Source: Cenococcum geophilum (lineage: Eukaryota). Taken from it: a stretch of DNA of 64,000 bases. The notes under the pieces are model-generated. The model had not been told where the DNA came from, did not search any database, and worked only from the letters and a program-made list of their open reading frames with translations. How positions within the stretch are numbered: position 1 is the first letter of the stretch; every line of letters begins with the position of its first letter. Position numbers and translations under genes: made by a program. The stretch lies in the NCBI GenBank assembly GCA_050273025.1, contig CP158636.1, positions 7,068,001 through 7,132,000 on the forward strand, written 5' to 3'. This document shows positions 54,601 through 64,000 of this stretch, piece after piece.

Positions 54601-57452
54601 AATAATTAAAATCAAAATCTTAGTCTTCTTATAATATAAACTTAAACCATCTAGGGGATTTACCGTGTTTCTAGCAGTGGGAGCAGTACTTAGTAAGGTA
54701 GTTAATAACCTACTTATTAATATTATTGTGGCTAGAGTATTCTAGTACCTTATATAGCTTATCTACCAATAGATATTTAAAGCGGCGGTAAAGTCGGCAG
54801 AGTTTAGTAGTGGTTAGGTAGTAAGGGTTTTAGTTAAATAAGTAGGTTATAAATAACTATAATAACTTTTCCTATAATAGGAAGGGGTAACCGAATTAGT
54901 GAACCACTGGTACTAATTTTATTAGGGTAACTAGGACGTTCTTAAGGTTGTTATAATAGACCTTTAGTATATCCATATCTACAAGACATAGTAAGAAGGG
55001 TATGTCGGCCTTTATAATATAAAATTCAATATTACTAACTAGTGTATTGGCTATAACGGAGCTAATAGAAGAGGTAGAGCCGATGCTAAACTGGACGTTA
55101 ATGGCGCCAGCCTTTAAGGTGTCGATAACGGTGTTATGGGTCTTCCTATATACAAGGTATTGTCCATAACCTACTATTAATCTCTTTAAAGCTCTAGTGT
55201 TAATTATTACTCTATAGAACTTATTAGAGGTATATTAGCTAGTAGTAACATAGGTAAATGGGTCTAGGTTATTATAGTAAGTAGTTAGGTTAGTGCCGGT
55301 AATCGCATAGGTAAAGAATTGGTTTGCTAAGTCAGTTATAGTATTAGTGGCTCCTTTATACTATATCGTTCCGAAAGAGGTAAAAAATAGTTTAGTCTAT
55401 TCCTAAGCTAGAGATACTAGTAGTAACTTAATATTAATTATAAGGGCTTCTATTACGTCATTAGTAGATTTTAAGTTAAGTTTATTATTGTGATCTATTC
55501 CCTTATACTTGGTAATATATTACTTAGCATGCCTATTAAAGCGGCGGTTAAGTCTGTTCTTAAACTTCTTCCTTAATTTGTTATATTCTTCTCTTAAGTA
55601 TTTAGATAACTAGTAGCCTTCCTTATAACAGATGAAGCAGCGCTTTTTTAATAATATATATCGGCTAAATAAGGATAATTATATTCTATAAGGTAATCGG
55701 GGGTATTATCTATAATAGCGGCGGTTAGTAAAGTAGGCTTAGGGGTTCTTACTATTTAACTTTTCGAATGTTATAATAGAGGATTGTAAGTTATTAATTA
55801 GGCCAGTTAAGCTATTAGAGGGTTTAAAGCAGGTATATTAATACGCTAGTAACTCCTAATAGGCGTTAATAAGCTTATTATAAAGAAACTTATCTATATG
55901 TAAATCTGGGTTAAGACCGTGCTAAAGGTGTCTTAATTCTTTAATAAGCAACTATAGGCAGTCTAGGGTTAATTTTCCAGTATTCTCGCCTTTGCTTATT
56001 ATAAACCTTAAGGTTATTAAGTTCTATTGCCCTAGTATACCACGCCTATACTTAGGTCCCTTAAAGTAATTACGTATAGCGTCGTAGATTTAGTTAAATA
56101 AGAGGGTTATAGTGACGTTCTTAAGGTTAGTATAGTAATAGTTAAGTGCTAAGCTGCGTAGCATTATAGGGTAGGCTTTAACCTTAGCTTCTTAGGGTAT
56201 ATTAGCTCTACTGTAGAGGTTATAGAAGATAGTAAGTTTAAAGTTAAAGTTATTATCTTCTTTACTATACTTGTTATCTTCCGTGTATATCTTTGTGAGG
56301 TTTATTAACTCCTTACCGAAACCCTAGTTTAATGAGGTAGGTTATATTAATGGGATAGTTATAGGGTTAGTGAGGTTAAGGTTAGGGTTTTAATGGTAGT
56401 TCGTAAGATTAGATTTTTGGTAGTACTAGTACTAGTACTGGCACTAGCGAAGTTATTCTTAAGGAGGTAGTTAATTCGTCCTAAATTGAACTTCCCTCCG
56501 GCTGCTATGTACTCTTTAATCTTAAGCTTAGTCTACTCTATAGGTTCTTATTCTTATAGGGTGTTAAATAGTAATTTGGGAACTGTGGCGTTCCTATACT
56601 TCCTTACCTATACGCCGTTAGTTTATAGGAGTAATTAAAGCTTTCTAATATATGTCTGGTTGCAGTTTTTAAAGATTTATACTATAAAGTTCTGGAAATT
56701 ATCCTTATAGGCTTCCTATAGTTTATCGGCTTTAAAGTTATAAACTTTATATTCTGAGGTCTTAAACTATATAAAGTTATTAATGTCTGTAATATTAATG
56801 TCATTAGAGTCTATATTAATTCCTCTGCCCTACTTCTTTTGTCCTTCTCTAACTTATTACCTAATATCTGTTATAGTGGTTTTCGTAATAACGGGTGAGT
56901 TTGTGTAATGGTTGTAGGGTTTAAAATGCGTAATAGACGCGAACTAAGGTTCTTTATCTTATTAAGTTTTAATTTTTAGGTTCTAAAACGCGTAATAAAT
57001 ATAAAACTAAGGGCCTATTAGGGGGTTAGTTCCTTAAGTACCTGACGCCTTTTAGAGTGCGTAATAGACGCAAACCGAGGGCCTATTAAGGGGTTGGTTC
57101 TTTAAGTACCTAAAGACTATATATAAAGAATTAAGGGCCTATTAGGGGGTTGGTTCTTTAGATATATATTAACTAATACTCCTTAGCAAACGGGTTCGGT
57201 AGAGGCCTATAAGTAGGGACTAATTAAGCTCGTCTCTCTTCGTAGGTGGTATGTCTCCTAATCTGTAATTACTGATTAGTGTTGGTATTACTTTTGGTAA
57301 TATGTAATGCTATTGTAATAGTATGGGGTAGTAACTGATTTTTATTGATGCTTATTGATTTTCCTATTCTATAGGTGGAATTTGGTGGATTTCCTAAGCT
57401 TGCTTAGCTTACGTAACTAACCCAATTAGTTATAGACAACCTCGTTTAGATA
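51686..57452 (-). mobile_element. Copia-C2 LTR retrotransposon, full length, inserted in the B3 LTR
   Basis: 173-bp LTRs 51686..51858 and 57280..57452; TSD ATAAA. Minus-strand gag knuckle (RCFIC ~55630), integrase, RT GL[Q]TD[D]TL ~53055 and RNase H. Confidence 0.92.
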
Positions 57453-57714
57453 ATAAATTATATAGATTATATTATATAACTCTACTTACTATTCCTCGTT
57501 ATATAGTTCTACTAGCTCTATCCTAAATCGTACTTATATTAACCAACTAGCTTCTTCTAACTCCTTTTTAAGTAGTTGTAATATTGTACTTAAAGCGTCT
57601 ATAATACTATCTCCCTCCTCTCTATCTTTATCCTTAAAGATCCTAAATATCTCTAGGTCGTTTATTAGAGGTATAATGTCCATTTAATTAATTTGGTTAA
57701 TATTATTACTTATA

Positions 57715-58420
57715 ATACCTAAAGCATCTTCTTTTTTATCTACAGCTCGTCGGTCTTATACCATTACTGCGATATTATTACTTAGTAAAATTATACTATC
57801 TCCTTATTCTTATTATATAAAAAAGGGGTTGGTTTATATTATGTTAGCAAGTCCTTTATCTTAGTAACCCTCTTTATATTTAGAGTGCACTAAAGCGAAT
57901 ATTTATTTGTCTTGCGATATTCGCTCTATTTCTAACGCTAAGTATATACACCCTACTATCCTTAATAGTCGTTAAGTTCCTTAAGTAATTTATTATAGGG
58001 TCTTATATTTAATCTGCTGCTATAAAGCTTAATAATAAACTGTCCGTTACCTTAGCGGAGCTTTATTATTTACGTAACGCTAAGAAGGAGGCTACTAACG
58101 CTTAGTAACGGGCCTTTAATTCTTGTCTAGCTGCGTCTACTTATTTAATTCGTCTTAAGAAAGTTCGTAAAAAGGTTTATTTTAAGGAGTAGAAACTTAT
58201 AAAATAAGGTCTATAGGAACTTAGTAATAAGAGAACTAACTCTCTTTCTATAGTAACGGGAACAACTCTAAGTAGTTTAGCAGTTGCTCTTCCTAGGTCC
58301 CCCTTAGGTGACTTATTTTTTAGTAATCCTTCTTTATTAATATTGCCTGACCTATTTTCTTCTAATACTCCTATACCTTTTCTATAGTGTTCTTTAGATT
58401 TTCTAATAGCTCCTAGGTAG
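57715..58420 (+). pseudogene. Antisense accessory gene of Gypsy-B3 (homologue of 30762..31479)
   Basis: Colinear with the B2 copy; start is ATA (RIP of ATG); retains TGC at codons 58 and 67 (57913). Confidence 0.55.
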
Positions 58421-59086
58421 TTTTAGTATAGCCTATTTACTTTACCTTATACTATGTTTTATTATCTACGTTCTTATAACTAATAATCTTTAAAACTTGC
58501 TATTTATCTTCTTCTTACCCTCTATACGTATCTTCCTTATAAATTAGTGGCTTAACATTCCTATATACTAGCTCTAGCATTATAATGTGCTATATAGGGT
58601 AGATCCTTATTTTAGCTGGTAGGTTTAACTTAAACGTAACTAGTGAAATCCTTTACGTGATTTTAAAAGGTCCTAGTTTAACGTAGTTTAACTTCTTACT
58701 TAGTTATTAACTTTTAAAGTTTTTGTATAGTAGTTATACTTTATCCCCCTCCTTAAGATCTAGTCCCTTAGATCTCTTAGCGTTATAGTATCTTTTTATT
58801 CTTTATTATACTACCTTAGCTATTTCTATAAGATTTGTATAAAGATTTATTAAAGTCTCTATTCTTTACTTAGCTGTGCTATTTATTTTCTTTACTTAAT
58901 ATAGTAATAGTAAGGTCCTTAGTTTATACTTATAATTCGCCTTAAATAGTAAAGTACCTATTTCTTCTTATAGTGTTATATTGTATATAAACTATATAAC
59001 TAGTAATAGTAATACCTAATTATTCTATACATAATTAATATAGTGCCTTAGATACTGCTCTAGTGTCTAATTTAATCTTTCTGTTT

Positions 59087-61206
59087 TTTTTATTTTTATC
59101 CATTGTATTATACTACGTACAATACTGCGCATGCAGCCTTAGGCTATAGCGCTATAGTTCTATATACATAAATCCTTTCTAGGCAGCTTAATATATACTA
59201 GTAGCTATGTCCTAGTAGTTTATAAACTTCTAAATTAGGAGTTTATAGTTTCCTAGTAAAATACTAAGATACTACAACTACTAGGGAATGAGAAAATGGT
59301 AAGAAAAACTATAAGAAATCCTAACCCCTATCCCTATCCTTTTGCAATTTATTTCTGTCCTTTTACTCTCTAATATCATTTTAAGAGCCTAGTAGGAGTT
59401 ACCCCCTTCTAGAATCCTATCTGATTTATTCTTCTATAGAATCTTCTTCGCGTACTAGTTTAGCAGCTTTAAGAGTCTTGTAGTCTTTACTATTAGCAAA
59501 GTGTTTTTCTTTACAATTAATGCAAAGAGGGGTGGTATGCTGGCAAGGCCTGCTTGTTATTATACAGGTAGAACAGGAATGGTCTTTAGATAAATGTGCA
59601 GCTGCATAGTATCTATAGGCCCTAGTAGAGTACCTGTCTCCTAGATGGCCAAATTTTTGGCAGCTCGTACACTGCGTAGTAGGAGAGACTTTAAGGTATT
59701 TTACTACCTTAGTAGCTGTACCTGCAATTAATATCTCTTTTTGCTTAAGGATTTCTTGTCTTTTTTCTTCGTTCTCTATAGTAAAAACTATAGAGCCAAA
59801 TCTGGTTTATAGATCGTGTCTTTTTACACTAGATAAGATCTATTTAGGTAGTCCTTGTAACCTTATAGGATTAAAGGTCTCAATTTCTTCTTTTAGAAGC
59901 TTAGAGCCTCCTTCTCCTAGGAAAGGTAGGGTAGGAACCCTATAGGCTATAATTTAAACCCATAGTTCTAGTTTTTGTTCTCTTTAAAAGGTAAAGCAGT
60001 TATGCTAGATTTCCTTATATTTAACTAGGAAATCCGCATTATACTCTTCCGTAGTCATAAGGAGGATATTTTGTTTTCCCTTAGTTCTAGCTATAGATGC
60101 TAAAACAGGTTTTTTTACTTGTAGTTTTAATGCAAATAGTTAATTGACTTTGTTTCGTATAGAGAAGGTATCTAAAAGTTGGTCCTTTTGGTCTGTAATT
60201 AAGACTAGCTTTCTTTTTTGTAGCTGCTTTTTCTTACTTCTAGTAGAAGTAGAAGGAGTAGGAAATAGTAGTAACGAGGAGGGTAGAGAGGACGAAGTAG
60301 GGAGGTCCTTCTTTAGCCTCTCTGCGTAGGTTTCTTTAGTAGGGGCTACCTCCTTACGGAGAGCTCTTACTTCTTCGACTAGTCCTTTTAGGACATCTTT
60401 TGTCTTTTCTTTTTCTTTTCCTTTTATAAAGGGGTTTTTTCCTACTAGGATACTCCTTGTATAGTCCTCTAGCTGTTTAACTTGTTCTTTTTCTTCTTCT
60501 TTTTCTAGCCCTTTATATGCCTGGGTTAGGCTTTTTAGAGCTTTTATAGGTGTTGTTCTGGAGAAAGGGGAGGAAAAGATATAGGTGTACTAGGTGTGCC
60601 ATCCGTAGTAGCTATTGGTTTCTTTTTTATAGGTTTTTAGTTTTCTTTTTCAGGAGAAGTTTGAGGATGTTCTCTTTTCTCTCCCTTCTTAGACAAGCTA
60701 GGAGGAGAAAGAAAAGAAGATGAAAATAGAAACCTATTATCATTTCTTTCTATAGGGGTTTCGCCTATAGACTCGTTGTTGTCACTTGTCTCTATAGGAG
60801 GTTTTTTTTTAGGCCTAGTAGGCCTTGGCATCTTATAGGGGGAGTTTTCTAGTTTTTACTATCCTTATACCCTTTTTCCTTACTAATCCTACTAGAGGAT
60901 TTCTGGGGAGATTAGGTTTAAAGGTAGTAGTAATACTAGACCCCTAGTATTGGTGGTGGTAGTAGTAGTAGTAGTTTTGGTGTTCCTGTCCGTGCCTCGC
61001 TTACAAGCTAGGACTACCCCTAAGAAGAATTTTCTGTTGGGGGAAAGGGGGTAAAACGACAATTAAACCCGCCTATAGCTCGCTAAGCAGTAGGAATTGG
61101 GTCTTGAAAGTTGGAAAATTGATTGTTTTTGGTGGTAAGATGGGTATGCGTAAGTTTTGAAGTGCAGCGCTACCTTTTGGTAAGGTTGCATGTGTGGTAA
61201 AAGGTT
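59087..61206 (-). mobile_element. Non-autonomous non-LTR retroelement (ORF1 only), copy 2
   Basis: Reverse complement of copy 1; T-run tail at ~59087; TSD ATCTTTCTGTTT (59075-59086, 61207-61218); ORF start MPRPTRPKKKP at 60831. Confidence 0.85.
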
Positions 61207-62025
61207 ATCTTTCTGTTTAACTGTCTGTTTATAGATAATATATAGTGAAAGTTACTACTTTAACTTCTTATTCCGCTAAGAATACCTCCTAGAATACTGC
61301 TATAAATTTTAGATCTCTATCTAATATAATCTTACTTAGTGCTCTATATCTTATAAATACTTCCTTAATATAGATTTTAGCGATATCTTCCGCTAATATT
61401 TCTTCTATATATATTATAAAGTATCCCCACTTTATAAGCTTATCTATTATTACTAAGATTATATTATAATCTTATCTAGTAATAGAGTCTCTTAACTTTA
61501 GTAACTTAATAATAAAGTCCTATAATATAACCTCCTATAGTTTCTCTAGTATTTTAATAGGTTATAGCCCTCTATATGGCTTATGCCTTATTAGTTTATT
61601 TCTTTAGTAATTTAGATATTCCTTTATAACCTTTCTTACTAGTTTCTAGATTCTATTAATAATATATTCCTTTTAAAGTCTTAATACTAAGCCTATAGCT
61701 CTATTGTGTCCTTAAGTTAGTCCTTTATAAAATGATTTAATAAACTCTTTTGCGATAGACCTTAGTATATATATTACGTCTCTATTTTTATACTGCTCTA
61801 AGTTTAGATTCTCTACCTATGCGTTTTAGATTTTTTATATCTATTTACTCTCTAGCGACTTATAGATCTGTTTCTCTTATATTACTATAATTTTTGGATA
61901 ATTATATCTAATTAGTCTATCTATATCTTTTTATAGTAAAGCCCCTAATGGCTTTTCTTCGTTCTATAGTTTAGTTTTTTAACTTAATATATTGGCTCGC
62001 GTGTTGTCTATACCCTTAGTATACT

Positions 62026-64000
62026 TGTCGGGAATGAGGCAAGCGGTTGTTACGTGTCGTTACGTGTTGCCGCGGCACTAGCGTGGTAAGGAACCTTAAG
62101 TTCCTTACCCACTCCCTGATTCTTAACAACAAGCTTTATTAACTAACATTACTGTAACCCTACTTAAGTAGTCGTTATTGGTGAGTCACCCTATATAACT
62201 AATACTGATTAGTGGTTGAATATATAGTTAACTATAGAGCAGCTAGGTTTTTGAATAGAAAAGACAGTCTCGTATAGGGGTGCTATATACGCTTATATGG
62301 AATGGATCCTAGCAATACTATACTACCTTAGACTTGCGGAAAACTAGTAATAAAAGTATTACTAAGTACTAGGAGATACTAAGTTGCGTCTATTATATAG
62401 AACAATCACGTTTATAAAGATTTAGTTAAGTACTTTAGGTTAGAAGTGTTACTGAACCTAAGGTCCTAAGTTAATATCCGAAACGCGTTAAACAACATCT
62501 TAAATTGCCTACCTTTGGATAGCAAACCTACGAGATCCTATAAAACCGAAAATCCTACCTACCTTTAATGTATAACACCTTATTAATTCTACCTACTATA
62601 GCATTAACCTATCCAAAGAAGTATAAGAAAGATATTAACCCGGAGATATAGGATAGAGCTATAACTAACTTTATAACCGCTAAGTAATAGGACCTAAATG
62701 GATTCTTAGTATACCATATAGAACACTATAAAGACAGCGAATATAATAATACTGTGCTATAGTATTACATAAAGGAGGACTTTATAGGATGGATAAAGGA
62801 AATATAGGCTCTTGTGAAGAAGACTATTATATAAGACTTCCGTAACTTTTTTCGGGAGAACGGAGTCTTTGTCCCTATGGATGGAGGCATTATTAGAGAT
62901 AATATTTAGGAGTATATTATTAACGTAAAAGAAGAACACAAATGGACTCTATAAGAGATTAAGCACTAAAAGAAGCTTAGCTTATAATGGAATCTATAAG
63001 AGATTAAGTACTAAAAGAAGCTTAACTTATGAGGGAATCTAAGTAATATACCACTAAAGACGCTTCCACCTTTATCTTTAGCTCTATATCTATTGCTTCT
63101 ACCTCCGTCTTTAGTTCCCTAGTATCCGCTAATTTAACTTGCAACTTTAACTATTACCCCTTAAGAGTAAGCGTAAGATCCCCTTACTTTACGATCCAAT
63201 AACCTTTAAACTCTGCTATAGTAAGATTAGGTACCATGCCCTGTTTTATTAAGCTCTACGTTCCTACCGTAGCCTTTACTTATAGAGCTTATAAAGCTCT
63301 ATTTGGACTAGGAGAAGAAGTTTTATAAGAAATTAGAATACGGTAGAGGGTACGATTAATATCGGCCACGAAGCACTTGTGGAGGTTCTCGTGGAGATCC
63401 TTATAGAGGTCCTCATGGAGGTCCTTGTGGGGATCCTCGTGGAGGTCCTTATAGAGGTCCTTGTGGATGTTCTTGTGGAGGTCCTTATAGAGGTCCTTGT
63501 GGAGGTTCTCGTGGAGATCTTTATAGAGGTCCTTATGGAGGTCCTCGTGGAGGTCCTTATAGAGGTCCTTGTGGAGGTCCTCGCGGAGGTCCTCGTAAAG
63601 GTCCTCGTGGAGGTCCTTGTGAAGGTCCTCGTGGAGGTCCTTGTGAAGGTCCTCGCAGAGGTTCTTATAGAGGTTCTCGTGGAGGTTCTCATAGAGGTCC
63701 TCGTGGAGGTTCTCATAGAGGTCCTCGTGGAGGTCCTCGTGGAGCATTAAGAACTGTTTAGGATTTAATGGATTAATAGCTAAGATAACCCGGCAGATGC
63801 GATGATAAAGGCAATTTAAGAGCATTCCTATTGGTTAACTGTTGTTCCTATTTGCTCAAGCTAGCCATATCCAGTTACGCTCTGCTAGCTCTATAACCCT
63901 ATTTTAATAACGCAGTTTCCTAGGGCGTGCTACCTACTAAATTCTGCCATATTCTGCCGACCCCGACGTCCGCTAATTAATTAGGATTTTCTATCCCTGG
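62026..64000 (+). mobile_element. Copia-C3 (related to C1), apparently internally deleted; right end not resolved in window
   Basis: LTR 62026..62204 shares GCCGCGGCAC.AGCGTGGT.AGGAACCTTAAGTTC with the C1 LTR. Gag-like EEH.WT..EI ~62931, and the RNase H C-terminal motif WI...DNPADAM.KA already appears at ~63770-63813. Confidence 0.75.
63376..63744 (+). repeat. 12-bp minisatellite (consensus CGTGGAGGTCCT), ~31 copies
   Basis: Directly visible tandem repeat; variants are mostly C>T/G>A changes. Confidence 0.95.

Larger units (their letters stand above)
51412..62025 (-). mobile_element. Gypsy-B3 (3' part) nested in B1; 3' LTR 51412..57606 split by Copia-C2
   Basis: LTR start TATAACGAAACCTTATAGC is the RIP form of TGTAACGGAGCCTTGTAG, and a PPT follows 57606. 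The chromodomain/integrase region is colinear with B2 30654-32950. Confidence 0.85.

Noticed and set aside
56360..56392. TTAGGG-like telomeric repeats
   Set aside because: Only one or two degenerate units inside Copia gag, generated by RIP.
62891..63048. Possible solo LTR with a 45-bp-period duplication
   Set aside because: No TSD, and the sequence continues the Copia Gag reading frame.
63376..63744. Possible CRISPR-like array
   Set aside because: Contiguous tandem units with no unique spacers, in a eukaryotic context.
63289..63825. Three overlapping ORFs (EDLH, RTST and VEVL repeats)
   Set aside because: By-products of the stop-free 12-bp minisatellite. The frame consistent with the surrounding Gag is the RGGP frame.

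Overview
Filamentous-ascomycete-type genomic DNA with short GT-AG introns and pervasive RIP-like C>T/G>A damage. The first 3.6 kb is an intact, 5'-truncated three-exon gene for a protein kinase-Sel1-like-ankyrin protein. The remaining ~60 kb is a RIP-degraded transposon island. (i) Two TA-flanked MITEs of one family; the second is split inside its terminal inverted repeat by a 21-kb head-to-tail array of five ~2.9-kb Crypton (tyrosine recombinase/GCR1_C) elements. Their junctions form a loxP-like inverted-repeat site, and unit 4 carries a complete chromoviral Gypsy. (ii) A Harbinger-type Myb/SANT pseudogene and a third MITE. (iii) A three-level nest starting at 28137, with three copies of a Gypsy family, three Copia elements and two copies of a 2.1-kb ORF1-only non-LTR retroelement. 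The most interesting signals are the Crypton array with its att-like sites and MITE-TIR target, an intron-containing antisense Zn2Cys6-like/coiled-coil gene carried by the Gypsy-B family, and the 'half-LINE' elements. Protein motifs in the island were read by eye, reversing RIP changes where stated, so they are partly inference.
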